From NCBI GenBank assembly GCA_034440115.1, contig JAWXBM010000107.1, positions 947 to 64,946 of the forward strand: a DNA stretch of 64,000 bases, given 5' to 3'. The position numbers were made by a program, and so were the translations under genes. Numbering within the stretch: position 1 is the stretch's first letter; every line of letters begins with the position of its first letter. Shown here piece by piece: positions 36,675 through 46,204 of this stretch. Under the pieces are notes generated by a model, which did not search any database, had not been told where the DNA came from, and saw nothing but the letters and a program-made list of their open reading frames with translations. The stretch comes from Lysobacterales bacterium. Lineage in GTDB: Bacteria > Pseudomonadota > Gammaproteobacteria > Xanthomonadales > SZUA-36.

Positions 36675-38069
36675 TCAGCGTTTGTTGTCACGGGGCTTGG
36701 CGACAGTTCGACGGCCTGCGCCTGCAGGTGACCCAGGTTTGGAGACTCGTTTCTTGCTCGGCTTCTCGATGTCAGAACTGCGAATGGTTTGTTTGCCCCG
36801 ACCAGACCTTCTGCCGCCAGCGTTGGCCCAGGGATTTCCTGACTCGCGTTTCTCATTGGAGGCGCGCGGGTCGTTAGCCCGATGGCGGGAGCGATCTCCC
36901 GGCGCACCTCCCACATATTCAGGTCTTGCGGCCTGAAGGCTCAGCTCCGGTGTGACGTGCACCAGACCCACGTCTTCCCGCAGCACCGTGTGCTCGTTTT
37001 CGCCGATCTCATGATAATGACCTACTTTCAAGCCTTTCGGCAGTTTTGCGGCTCCGTAGCGCACCCGTTTGAGCCGACTGACCATATGGTTCATGGCTTC
37101 CCACAGGCGCCTGACTTCGCGGTTGCGACCTTCCAGCAGGGTAACCTGGTACCACTGGTTGGCTGACGCGGCCGTGGACGGCCCACCCATGCGCTGCACG
37201 TCATTGAAGTGCGCCGGGCCATCATCCAACTCAACTCCCTGCTTTAACTGCTCAACCTGTTCATCACTCACCAGGCCTCGAACCCGGCAAACGTATTCCC
37301 GATCGACCTGGTTGGAAGGATGCATCATGGCGTTAGCCAGTTCGCCATCAGTGGTCAGCAGCAACAAACCGGTGGTATTGATATCCAGTCGGCCGACCGC
37401 AACCCAGCGCGCATCCTTGAGAAAGGGCAGGCGATCAAACACCGTGGGCCGGCCTTCCGGGTCTGAACGGCTGGTGATTTCACCTTCGGGTTTGTTGTAG
37501 ATCAGGCTGCGGTGTTGTGACTGTTCATCGACTACCTTCCATTCCTTCTCGCCCCATTGCAGGCGATCGCCCAGCTTGATGGATTGGCCAAGAGTGGCGG
37601 TGGTGCCATTGAGCTGGATTTCACCTTGCCGAATGTGTTGCTCCAAAGCGCGGCGTGAACCCAGCCCGGTGGCGGCCATGATCTTGTGCAAACGGGCCGG
37701 CTGCGCCTGCAGTTCTTCAGTAGTGGGTTCTGCTGTATGAGGCTTTTGACTGTGCCGTTGATCAGGGCGTTTGCGACGATCAGGCTTGTAAGGGTTGCTG
37801 CGCTCTCCCAGTTTCTTGGGCGCGTTCGCTCCGGCCGACTTATTGCGGTCAGGCTTGTAAGGGCTGCTACGTTCCCCAGTTTTCTTTGGCCCGCTCGCTG
37901 CAGCCGGTTCGCGTCGGTCAGGCTTGTGGGCCTTGTTGCGCTCCGCCGGTTTCTTGGGCGCGTTCGCTCCGGCCGACTTATTGCGGTCAGGCTTGTAAGG
38001 GTTGCTGCGCTCCCCAGACTTTTTCTGGCCAGCCGGCTTGCGGCCGCCTGAATCAGACCTGTTTTTCAT
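36675..38069 (-). CDS. rluB: 23S rRNA pseudouridine(2605) synthase RluB with a repeat-rich basic N-terminal extension and a basic C-terminal tail
   Basis: S4 domain 'RLHKIMAATGLGSRRALEQHIRQGEIQLNG' and the catalytic 'VGRLDINTTGLLLLTTDGELA'. The scpA-scpB-rluB operon order is conserved. The start overlaps the scpB stop by 17 nt. Confidence 0.88.
   Translation of the reverse strand: MKNRSDSGGRKPAGQKKSGERSNPYKPDRNKSAGANAPKKPAERNKAHKPDRREPAAASGPKKTGERSSPYKPDRNKSAGANAPKKLGERSNPYKPDRRKRPDQRHSQKPHTAEPTTEELQAQPARLHKIMAATGLGSRRALEQHIRQGEIQLNGTTATLGQSIKLGDRLQWGEKEWKVVDEQSQHRSLIYNKPEGEITSRSDPEGRPTVFDRLPFLKDARWVAVGRLDINTTGLLLLTTDGELANAMMHPSNQVDREYVCRVRGLVSDEQVEQLKQGVELDDGPAHFNDVQRMGGPSTAASANQWYQVTLLEGRNREVRRLWEAMNHMVSRLKRVRYGAAKLPKGLKVGHYHEIGENEHTVLREDVGLVHVTPELSLQAARPEYVGGAPGDRSRHRANDPRASNEKRESGNPWANAGGRRSGRGKQTIRSSDIEKPSKKRVSKPGSPAGAGRRTVAKPRDNKR
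37743..38018 (-). repeat. Four tandem 69-bp (23-aa) coding repeats in the rluB 5' region
   Basis: Peptide units 'SGERSNPYKPDRNKSAGANAPKK / PAERNKAHKPDRREPAAASGPKK / TGERSSPYKPDRNKSAGANAPKK / LGERSNPYKPDRRKRPDQRHSQK'. A perfect 52-nt direct repeat occurs at 37812-37863 and 37950-38001 (138-bp offset). Confidence 0.9.
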
Positions 38070-38913
38070 GGTCGTCTTCGTGTTCTATGTTGTCATCGTC
38101 GTCATCATCGTCTTTGTCATCGTCGTCGTCATCGTCATCGTCGTCGTCATCTAAGTCTTCGATGTCGTCGATCTCATCCAAATTGATTTCGCTGCTTTCG
38201 CCAGCAGCAGGTTCATTTTCGTCTGTCTTTGCTACACCATCATCTGCTGGGCCAGTGCTCTCGGCTGATTCAGTGGTCTCCTCGTGGTCGCCATCCTCAC
38301 TGGCGTTGGCACTATTGGCAGCTTGGCGGGTATCGAAATCAAACTCAGGTTCGAGATTGGCCATATCGCGGATTTCAGCCAGGGTAGGCAGATCATCCAG
38401 ACTGGTTAAATCGAAATAATCCAGAAAGGCCCGGGTGGTGCCGAACAGCGCCGGTTTGCCGGGTACGTCGCGATGGCCCACTACCCGTATCCACTCGCGT
38501 TCCTGCAACGTGCGAACAATATTGGAGCTGACCGATACGCCGCGCACTTGTTCAATTTCACCGCGGGTAATGGGTTGGCGATAAGCAATCAGCGACAGGG
38601 TTTCCAGCAAGGCGCGTGAATAGCGTTGCGGCCGTTCTTCTGTCAGGCGCGAAATCCACGGCATCATTTCCGCACGGGTTTTCAACCGATAGCCGGAAGC
38701 GACTTCTTTCAGTTCAATCCCGCGGTTTTGCAGATCATGCGATAACTCTTCAAGAGCCTGGTTGATCTCGGCTGGTGTGGGCACATCCTTGCCTTCAAAT
38801 AAGCCAACCATTCGCGCCACGCTCAGCGGCTCGCCTGCGGCCAGCAGTGCGGCTTCCAGTATATGCTTCAGTTCTGGCTGGGATGCTGTGGCGGTTTGCG
38901 GCATGAAAGACAT
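38053..38913 (-). CDS. scpB: Segregation and condensation protein B with a poly-Asp C-terminal tail
   Basis: 'ILEAALLAAGEPLS', 'AYRQPITRGEIEQVRGVSV', 'GRRDVPGKPALFGTT'. The tail reads 'DLDDDDDDDDDDDDKDDDDDDDN' (38092-38151). Confidence 0.9.
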   Translation of the reverse strand: MSFMPQTATASQPELKHILEAALLAAGEPLSVARMVGLFEGKDVPTPAEINQALEELSHDLQNRGIELKEVASGYRLKTRAEMMPWISRLTEERPQRYSRALLETLSLIAYRQPITRGEIEQVRGVSVSSNIVRTLQEREWIRVVGHRDVPGKPALFGTTRAFLDYFDLTSLDDLPTLAEIRDMANLEPEFDFDTRQAANSANASEDGDHEETTESAESTGPADDGVAKTDENEPAAGESSEINLDEIDDIEDLDDDDDDDDDDDDKDDDDDDDNIEHEDDHEKQV

Positions 38914-38950
38914 TACTCCTGCAATAATCCCTGATAATTCGTTTCTGAGT

Positions 38951-39817
38951 TCAATTTATCACCGGCGCTTCGGCACCTGGACGCTTGATATAGATCTGGC
39001 CGAATGGCTTGTGTTGCAATAAATCCACCAGCTTCTCGCGCAGCAATTCCATCAGCGCCAGAAAGGTAACCACTACCCCCATGCGTCCTTCTTGGATAGT
39101 AAACAGATTGGGGAACTCGATATAGGATTCCTCCCGCAACCGATCAATGATGCGTGTCATGCGTTCCCGTACCGACAGGGTCTCCGACTGGATATGGTGG
39201 TGGGTAAACAGCTCGGCGCGGCTGAGTACATCACGCAAGGCCCGAAGCATTTCCTGCAAATCGATCTCGGGCGGCACGCGGATTACCTCGCGGTCTTCCA
39301 CCAAGGCTTCCAGCACCACGAAATCGCGTTCCTCGCGGGGCAGTTCGTCCATGTCTTCGGCAGCCTGTTTGAAGCGCTCATATTCCTGCAGACGTCGTAC
39401 CAGTTCGGCCCGCGGGTCGTCTTCTTCGCCTTCTTCGGTTCTCGGCCGTGGCAGTAGCAGGCGTGACTTGATCTCGGCCAGGATCGCAGCCATCACCAGG
39501 TATTCAGCAGCCAGTTCGAACTGCAGCTCTTTCAGCAGATCAATATAGCTGATGTATTGCCGGGTAATTTCCGCAATCGGAATATCCAGAATGTCCAGGT
39601 TCTGTCGGCGAATCAGGTAGAGCAGCAGGTCCAGAGGCCCTTCAAAGGCATCCAGTATGACTTCCAGCGCATCCGGTGGAATGTACAGGTCCTGCGGCAT
39701 TTGAGTGAAAGGCTGACCTTGCACTATGGCAAAGGGCATTTCCTCTTGCTTGACGGATTCTGGCGATTCCGGCGTGATTTCGGGGCTGATGGCTTCCAAT
39801 TGGGTACCTGACGACAT
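38951..39817 (-). CDS. scpA: Segregation and condensation protein A (kleisin)
   Basis: 'FEGPLDLLLYLIRRQNLDILDIPIAEIT' and a C-terminal winged-helix region. Confidence 0.9.
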   Translation of the reverse strand: MSSGTQLEAISPEITPESPESVKQEEMPFAIVQGQPFTQMPQDLYIPPDALEVILDAFEGPLDLLLYLIRRQNLDILDIPIAEITRQYISYIDLLKELQFELAAEYLVMAAILAEIKSRLLLPRPRTEEGEEDDPRAELVRRLQEYERFKQAAEDMDELPREERDFVVLEALVEDREVIRVPPEIDLQEMLRALRDVLSRAELFTHHHIQSETLSVRERMTRIIDRLREESYIEFPNLFTIQEGRMGVVVTFLALMELLREKLVDLLQHKPFGQIYIKRPGAEAPVIN

Positions 39818-39852
39818 TTTCTGACGAAATTTCCTGGCGACTGGGCTGGCGC

Positions 39853-40467
39853 TCAGAAGTCTAACACGCCCCGACCCTGGCGCAGGATCACCGGCGATGA
39901 GTCGGTCATGTCGACGATGGTAGAAGGTTCCAGCGGGCAGTAGCCGGCATCGACGAATAGGTCCAGCAGGCCATGTACGGCGTCGAACAAGTCTTCGGTG
40001 TCGAGAATTTCTTCATCCTGCTCGGGCAAAATCAACGATGAGCTGAGCAGCGGCTCATCCAGGGTTTGCAGCAAGGCCTGGGCCACGCTGTGCTTGGGTA
40101 TACGAATGCCTATGGTGCGGCGTTTCTTCTGCTGTGCCCAACGCGGTACCTGATTGGTAGCAGGCAAAATAAAGGTAAAAGGCCCGGGTGTGAGCTGGCG
40201 GATGTAACGGTAAGCCCAGTTGTCAACTTGGGCTAACTGGCCCACATCAGACAGATCGCGACAGCAGTAAGTGAAGTTATGGTTCTGGTTGAGCTGGCGC
40301 AGCCGAATGACGCGCTCTTGCGCACGGCGATTGCTGGCCCGCCAACCCAGCGTGTAGCCGGAATCGGTAGGGTAGGCAATCAAACCGCCACGTACCAGCA
40401 CGGCCACCATGTGGTCGATATGTCGCGGATTAGGGCCTTCGGCCCGGATTTCCAGTCGTTCACTCAT
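39853..40467 (-). CDS. yciO: YciO-type Sua5/YciO/YrdC family protein (L-threonylcarbamoyladenylate synthase-like)
   Basis: Close to E. coli YciO by eye: 'GGLIAYPTDSGYTLG', 'RIRQLNQNHNFTYCCRDLS', 'TPGPFTFIL', 'KRRTIGIRIP'. Confidence 0.88.
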   Translation of the reverse strand: MSERLEIRAEGPNPRHIDHMVAVLVRGGLIAYPTDSGYTLGWRASNRRAQERVIRLRQLNQNHNFTYCCRDLSDVGQLAQVDNWAYRYIRQLTPGPFTFILPATNQVPRWAQQKKRRTIGIRIPKHSVAQALLQTLDEPLLSSSLILPEQDEEILDTEDLFDAVHGLLDLFVDAGYCPLEPSTIVDMTDSSPVILRQGRGVLDF

Positions 40468-40574
40468 GATGTTTTATTTTTTGGTGTCTGTTATTCGTTG
40501 TGTTCATGCCACAATCGATAGGTGTCTTTAAGGCGGCATTCTAATGCAGGTGGGGCGTGCGTGACAGCGGGTTT

Positions 40575-40765
40575 TAGCTGATCGGCCTCCTACAATGACA
40601 TTGCCTCTTGCAGGAGCGCGCTCTGCGCGCGAATGATTGGCTGATCGGCGATGGCTCTCGCACATCCATGGATAGCTCTCGGGCATCCTCGGCAACTGCT
40701 CCTGCGTTGCTCTACCTCCTGCATCCATGCAGTCGTGCACAAAAGAGCGGCCTCCTACAAAAAAT
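40575..40765. repeat. Second REP-like repeat cluster (Pseudomonas-REP-like GC palindromes)
   Basis: 'GGCCTCCTACAA' appears at 40584 and 40748. The palindromic core 'CCTCTTGCAGGAGCGCGCTCTGCGCGCGAA' resembles the pseudomonad '...GCTCGCTCCTACA' REP class. Confidence 0.6.
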
Positions 40766-40838
40766 AAGGCAAACTTGTGTCTGACTGCTCAGGCTTCTAA
40801 GCTGCCGGTCTGTTTCGTTACGTGAGGATTTTCAGATC

Positions 40839-41141
40839 ATGTGGTATGTCATCTACTCGCACGATAAGTCCGGTAGCCTGCCAAAGCGCTTGCAGGCCCG
40901 CCCGGAGCATCTGGCACGCTTGCAGGACTTGTTATCTCAAGGCCGTTTATTGCTCGCTGGTCCTCGGCCCGCCATCGATTCAGCGGATCCAGGCCCGGCT
41001 GGTTTCCAGGGCTCATTGGTGGTTGCCCGCTTTGATTCATTAAAAGATGCCCAGGCCTGGGCGGATGCCGACCCCTATATCGCTGCCGGAGTTTATGAAA
41101 AGGTAGAAGTCAGCCCCTTCAACCGGGTATTGCCGCTATGA
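40839..41141 (+). CDS. YciI family protein
   Basis: 100 aa, '[10 protein letters not shown]...[11 protein letters not shown]...GRLLLAGP...[17 protein letters not shown]'. Confidence 0.85.
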   Translation: MWYVIYSHDKSGSLPKRLQARPEHLARLQDLLSQGRLLLAGPRPAIDSADPGPAGFQGSLVVARFDSLKDAQAWADADPYIAAGVYEKVEVSPFNRVLPL

Positions 41142-41422
41142 GCCCAGCACCGGAGTTGACCGCGTCTCGAATAGAGATCATGCGTGACAAGCTGCAGCAA
41201 GCCCTGCAGCCCACTGTGCTCGAGATAGAAGACGAAAGTCACCACCATGTTGGTCACGCCGGTGCCCGTGATGGGCGCGGGCATTTCAAGCTGCACATCG
41301 TTAGTGCTGAATTTGCAGGCTTATCGCCGCTGCAACGGCACCGTCTGGTTTACGCCGCTTTGGGCGACCTGATGCAAACGGATATCCATGCTTTAGCTAT
41401 TGAAGCTGAGCTGCCCATTTGA
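41138..41422 (+). CDS. BolA family protein
   Basis: '[10 protein letters not shown]...[28 protein letters not shown]...IHALAI'. ATGA overlap with the yciI-like stop. Confidence 0.88.
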   Translation: MSPAPELTASRIEIMRDKLQQALQPTVLEIEDESHHHVGHAGARDGRGHFKLHIVSAEFAGLSPLQRHRLVYAALGDLMQTDIHALAIEAELPI

Positions 41423-41630
41423 AAAGCTAAACAAATTTACTGATTTCCAGATCACGAGAAATTGCCCTACAACAATTCGGGTAATTTTCTGATGATGGTG
41501 AATTTTGGCTATGCGATCCTGCTCTTGTGTCAATACTTCATAACAACTTATTTGCGACTAGCAACTCTCAATGCAGAGTTGACGTTATGTGGTTCATTGA
41601 ACTACAGTTGACTTCGACGGCTGCGAGTTA

Positions 41631-41816
41631 ATGCAAACTCTGGTCCCTGTAGGCACTTTTGAACATACAGCTCTTCGATTGCTGGGTAAGCTTGGCTTTG
41701 ATGAGATGCTGAAGCTTTTGGCGAGGAGACCAAAAGCGGGCAGAATTATCCAACCGACGGGCGGGCTGCGAAAAGTACGAATTGCGCAGCCAAACAAAGG
41801 TAAAAGCGATGGATGA
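41631..41816 (+). pseudogene. Truncated HigB-2 (RelE-fold, PF06296-type) toxin remnant
   Basis: A 61-aa ORF contains the family signature 'GRIIQPTGGLRKVRIAQPNKGKSDG'. It stops where full-length members continue ('KGKRGG-RIIYY...', about 110 aa in V. cholerae HigB-2). Confidence 0.6.
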
Positions 41817-42102
41817 CAAACTGTTCAAGGAACTTGACGCTAATCTTCAAGAAGCCGTTAAGGTTGTAAGTGGAAGCGCGGTTGTGAAATCAGTCTATGT
41901 GGTTTTAAGCCCGTCTGAAATCAAATCCATTCGAACCGGTGTTGACATGTCCCAGGCCGATTTCGCGCAATCCTTCCAACTGTGTCTCGACACGCTGAAG
42001 GGTTGGGAACAAGGCAAACGCAAACCTGATTCCGCGGCGGCCAATTATCTACGAATGATTCAAGCTGACCCGCAACATGTTCGACGCGTACTTGCCGCCT
42101 GA
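41809..42102 (+). CDS. HigA-2-type antitoxin (XRE-like HTH, NadS-like)
   Basis: 'MDDKLFKELDANLQEAV...IKSIRTGVDMSQADFAQSFQLCLDTLKGWEQGKRKPDSAAANYLRMIQADP'. The ATG at 41809 overlaps the remnant's stop. Confidence 0.8.
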   Translation: MDDKLFKELDANLQEAVKVVSGSAVVKSVYVVLSPSEIKSIRTGVDMSQADFAQSFQLCLDTLKGWEQGKRKPDSAAANYLRMIQADPQHVRRVLAA

Positions 42103-42480
42103 TCAGGGTTTTTGGCCGTTCCAGCCTTTCGCGGTATGTTCTACAACGACAGTGGTGTAAACCCCACCGCGTACGTTGAACTCAGCGGTCAGGCGCACAA
42201 AGCGCGGATCGGTTGCGGTTACCAGGTCATCCAGGATTCGGTTAGTCAGATCTTCGTGAAATCCGCCCTGATCGCGGTAGCTCCACAGGTATAATTTCCA
42301 GGATTTCAGCTCGACACAGCGCTGATCCGGAATATACTCCAGCAGCAGGGTGGCGAAGTCGGGTTGGCCGGTCTTGGGGCAGAGACAAGTAAATTCTGGA
42401 GTTTCAATCTGGATGGTATAATCCCGCGACGGTTTGGGATTGGGAAATACCTCTAATTCAGTGCTGGGTTGGGTACTCAC
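42103..42480 (-). CDS. queF: NADPH-dependent 7-cyano-7-deazaguanine (preQ0) reductase, type I
   Basis: '[23 protein letters not shown]...[20 protein letters not shown]'. GTG start with AAGGAG upstream. Confidence 0.9.
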   Translation of the reverse strand: MSTQPSTELEVFPNPKPSRDYTIQIETPEFTCLCPKTGQPDFATLLLEYIPDQRCVELKSWKLYLWSYRDQGGFHEDLTNRILDDLVTATDPRFVRLTAEFNVRGGVYTTVVVEHTAKGWNGQKP

Positions 42481-42678
42481 GGTAACTCCTTAAAATTAAA
42501 TAAAAATTCCAAAAACATAATAGTTAACGACGCAGTTTAGCGAGTTCATGAAACAACATTCAATGCGGCAGCAGCCCGGAACGCGGCTGACAGGCCAGAT
42601 ACTGACCATGGCAGACACGAAAAATCAACCGCATCTCAGCCACTTAAGCTGTGTAGCAAAGGCTGGAGTAGCCGTCGA

Positions 42679-45600
42679 ATGAGGCTGACAGCAGTCAAGT
42701 TGGCGGGCTTCAAATCCTTTGTCGACCCGACGACTTTCTACGCGCCGACTAACCTGACCGGCATTGTCGGGCCCAATGGTTGTGGCAAATCCAACATCAT
42801 CGATGCGGTGCGCTGGGTGATGGGCGAAGCCTCGGCCAAGATGCTGCGTGGCGAATCCATGGCTGACGTGATTTTCTCCGGCTCATCTACCCGCAAACCG
42901 GTGGGTACCGCCACAGTGGAACTGATGTTCGATAATTCCGATGGTCGTGTCGGCGGTGCCTATGCCGGTTACAACGAAATTTCGGTCAAACGGCAGGTAA
43001 CACGCGACGGAATCTCGTTGTATTTCCTCAACGGCAGTCGGGTGCGTCGCAAGGATGTGAAAGATCTGTTCCTCGGCACCGGCCTGGGTTCTCGCAGCTA
43101 CTCGATTATCGAACAGGGCATGATTTCTGAGGTGGTTGATGCCCGCCCGGAAGAAATCCGGGCTCATCTTGAAGAGGCGGCCGGAATTTCCCGATACAAG
43201 GAACGCCGCCGCGAAACTGAAAACCGCATCCAACATACCCGTGACAATTTGGCGCGTTTGGCGGATCTGCGCGACGAGGTAGGCAAACATTTGAATCGTC
43301 TGCAGCGCCAGGCAGCCGCCGCCAATCGCTATCGCAAGCTGAAGCAGCAAAAACGTGAATTGGATTCGCGTCTGCTGACACTGCGCTGGCGTGATCTGAA
43401 AGCCGCAGCCGAAAATGGCTTGCAAGGTCTGGCCAAGTTGGAAACCAGCTTGCAGCAAAGCGTGGCGGCGCAACGTGCAGCCGAAGCAGTGCTGGAAGAA
43501 ATCCACCAGCAGCAGACTCTGTCCAACGAGCAATTCAGTGAAATCCAGGGCGAGTTGTACACCGTAGGTGGCGAAATTGCCCGGCTGGAACAGGCCATAC
43601 GGCATGCCCGCGAATTGCACGCGCGGCAAAAATCAGAATTTGAAGAAACTTCGAGTGCACTGAACGATATTGAAAAGCACATCGGGCTGGACCGCGCCCA
43701 GGTGGAAGACCTGACCCGCTCGCTGGCGGAAGCCGAGCCGGCCTTGAAACAGGCTCAAGGCGTGGAAGAAGCCGCCAATGAGACCTTGCAGACGGTGGAA
43801 ACCGAAGTGCAGGCCTGGCAGGAAAGCTTTGAACAGCATCATCAGAAGAGTGCGGATGCACAGCGCCAGGCAGATTTGCAAAGAGCTCAGATCAGCAGTC
43901 TGGAGCAGCGCATGTTGCAAAACGTGCGGCGCATGGAAACGCTGCAACAGGAAACCGTCGGTGCCGATACCGCTGATATGTTGCAAGCCGTTGAGTCACT
44001 GGACCGGGAAGCCAAGCAACTGGCTGAACAGGACAGCCAGCAGCAAGCTGCGTTGGATGCCATTCGCCGCGAACTCAGCCATCGCCAGTCAGCTTTGCGT
44101 GAGGCGGAAAAAGCCGCGCAGCAGCAGCAGCGCGATCTGCATACTGGTGAAGGCAAGCTGGAATCGTTGCTTTCATTGCAGGCCGCCGCACTGGCCGCTG
44201 GCGACAATCAGGATTGGTTAGCCGCGCATGGGCTGAACAAGGCACCACGGCTGGCCAAGCTGATTAAGGTTAAACACGGCTGGGAAGCGGCCACCGAAGT
44301 GGTTCTGGGTCATTGGCTGCAGTCGGTAGTGGCCGATGAAGATGACGACCGGGTGCGGGCGCTGGCCCAGTTGGACGATTCTGTTATCGACTTGGTCGAT
44401 GGAGCTTGCGGCAAGGTAGCAGCCAAACCCGGCAGCCTGGCCGCTCAGGTCAGTGGTCCAGATGTGGTGGTGAGGTGGTTGAATCAGGTGCGTTGCGCCA
44501 ATTCTCTGGAGCAGGCCTGGAATGACCGGGCACAACTGCAAGAAGGCGAGTCGTTCCTGACCCAGACCGGCGAATGGTTGGGCCAGGGCTGGATCCGAGT
44601 GGCCCATGGCAAGCCGGGTGAAGAAGGTATGTTGGCCCGGGAAAAAGCCATTGCTAACCTGCGGCAGGAATTGGATGAACTGGGTCCGCAAGTGGCCGCA
44701 GCACAACAGCAGATGGAAACCGAGCGTGAAGCGCTATCGCAACTGGAACAGAAAATCCGCGATGACCAGGTAGAAGCCAATAACCTGCATCGCCGCCGGA
44801 ATGAGATTGAGGGCCAGGCGCAAAGCCGCCGGGCCAATATCCAGTTGCTGGACAAGCGCCAGTTAACCATTGCCACCGAAAATACCGAGTTGCGGCAGCA
44901 ATTTGAGCAGGACGAAGCCGCTGTCAAAGAGGCGCGTGGCGCGGTAGAACAATCAGTTGAAGTCATGAACACCCTGCAGCAGCAGCGGCAACGGCTGGAC
45001 AGCCAGCGTGCAGATCTGTTGCAACGCCGCGAAACGGCCCGGTCTGAGGCCAGGACGGCCCGCGAAAATCGCCACGAATTTGCCCTTAAAGTTGAATCGC
45101 GCCGGGCCAGTCTGGATTCCCTGACTCAATCCCTGCAACGCATGGACACCCAGCTCAGCCAATTGCAGCAGCGCTATGTTAACCTCAGCGAAGAAATCGC
45201 CAAGGTGCAAGATCCGCAACAGGCGCACAGAACAGAAATGGACGCTTTGTTGCAACGCCGGGTGGAAACCGAAAAGCGCCTGGCCAATGCCCGCGCTGGT
45301 TTGCACGAGCTGGAAGAGAAATACCGGCAGAAAGATGGCGAACGCCAATCCTCGGTGCAGCAATCGGATGAAATTCGCGAACAACTGGAACGCTATCGCC
45401 TTGCGCAGCAAGAACTGGAGCTGAACACTCGCACACTGCAGCGGCAGGTGGAAGAACTCGGTGGCAATACCACAGAAATAGCTGAACAGATGCCCGAAGA
45501 AGCGGACGCTGACGAATGGGCCAGAGAGCTGGAAGATTTACAGGAAAAGATCATTCGGCTGGAACCGGTGAACCTCGCAGCGATTGAGGAATACGAAGAA

Positions 45601-46176
45601 GAGAAGAAGCGTAAGGACTACCTCGACGCCCAGGATGCGGATCTGTGTCTGGCACTTTCTACTTTGGAAGAAGCCATTGCCAAAATCGACCGCAAAACCC
45701 GGACCCGTTTCAAGGAAACCTTTGAGAAGGTGAACAAAGGAGTGCAGGAAATTTTCCCGCGCTTGTTTGGCGGAGGACACGCTTATCTGGAACTGACCGG
45801 CGATGACATGCTCACTACCGGTGTCAGTATTATGGCCCGGCCACCCGGCAAGCGGGTCAGTAGTATTCACCTGCTATCCGGTGGTGAAAAGGCCCTGACG
45901 GCTGTGTCTTTCGTGTTTTCCATATTCCAGTTGAACCCGGCACCTTTCTGCCTGCTGGACGAAGTGGATGCACCTTTGGATGATTCCAACGTGGTGCGTT
46001 TCTCCAGTATGGTTAAGGAAATGTCCGAGACAGTGCAGTTCATCTACGTGACGCATAATAAAATCACCATGGAAATGGCGCATCAACTGAGCGGTGTCAC
46101 CATGCGTGAACCGGGCGTATCACGCCTGGTGCAAGTGGACATTGATGAAGCTGCCAAACTCGCTGGGCAGGCGTGA
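42679..46176 (+). CDS. smc: Chromosome segregation protein SMC
   Basis: 1165 aa. Walker A 'GPNGCGKSNIIDA', long coiled coils, the signature 'LSGGEKALTA' and Walker B 'FCLLDEVDAPLD'. Confidence 0.95.
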   Translation: MRLTAVKLAGFKSFVDPTTFYAPTNLTGIVGPNGCGKSNIIDAVRWVMGEASAKMLRGESMADVIFSGSSTRKPVGTATVELMFDNSDGRVGGAYAGYNEISVKRQVTRDGISLYFLNGSRVRRKDVKDLFLGTGLGSRSYSIIEQGMISEVVDARPEEIRAHLEEAAGISRYKERRRETENRIQHTRDNLARLADLRDEVGKHLNRLQRQAAAANRYRKLKQQKRELDSRLLTLRWRDLKAAAENGLQGLAKLETSLQQSVAAQRAAEAVLEEIHQQQTLSNEQFSEIQGELYTVGGEIARLEQAIRHARELHARQKSEFEETSSALNDIEKHIGLDRAQVEDLTRSLAEAEPALKQAQGVEEAANETLQTVETEVQAWQESFEQHHQKSADAQRQADLQRAQISSLEQRMLQNVRRMETLQQETVGADTADMLQAVESLDREAKQLAEQDSQQQAALDAIRRELSHRQSALREAEKAAQQQQRDLHTGEGKLESLLSLQAAALAAGDNQDWLAAHGLNKAPRLAKLIKVKHGWEAATEVVLGHWLQSVVADEDDDRVRALAQLDDSVIDLVDGACGKVAAKPGSLAAQVSGPDVVVRWLNQVRCANSLEQAWNDRAQLQEGESFLTQTGEWLGQGWIRVAHGKPGEEGMLAREKAIANLRQELDELGPQVAAAQQQMETEREALSQLEQKIRDDQVEANNLHRRRNEIEGQAQSRRANIQLLDKRQLTIATENTELRQQFEQDEAAVKEARGAVEQSVEVMNTLQQQRQRLDSQRADLLQRRETARSEARTARENRHEFALKVESRRASLDSLTQSLQRMDTQLSQLQQRYVNLSEEIAKVQDPQQAHRTEMDALLQRRVETEKRLANARAGLHELEEKYRQKDGERQSSVQQSDEIREQLERYRLAQQELELNTRTLQRQVEELGGNTTEIAEQMPEEADADEWARELEDLQEKIIRLEPVNLAAIEEYEEEKKRKDYLDAQDADLCLALSTLEEAIAKIDRKTRTRFKETFEKVNKGVQEIFPRLFGGGHAYLELTGDDMLTTGVSIMARPPGKRVSSIHLLSGGEKALTAVSFVFSIFQLNPAPFCLLDEVDAPLDDSNVVRFSSMVKEMSETVQFIYVTHNKITMEMAHQLSGVTMREPGVSRLVQVDIDEAAKLAGQA

Positions 46177-46204
46177 TTAGCTAAGACGGTTAAGAGATTT
46201 GCAG

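Noticed and set aside
38092-38151. GAY trinucleotide microsatellite as a non-coding repeat
   Set aside because: It is in frame within scpB and encodes the poly-Asp tail. It is reported as a coding low-complexity tract rather than as an independent element.
40528-40740. 70-aa minus-strand ORF between yciO and the yciI-like gene
   Set aside because: It coincides with the REP-like palindromic repeat cluster. The reading frame is a by-product of the GC-rich repeats.
42481-42678. preQ1 riboswitch upstream of queF
   Set aside because: I read the minus-strand leader ('...CGTTAACTATTATGTTTTTGGAATTTTTATTTAATTTTAAGGAGTTACCGTG') and could not find the conserved preQ1-I/II stem and the 'CCCTC...TAAAAAACTA'-type core. 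Only an Infernal scan could settle it.
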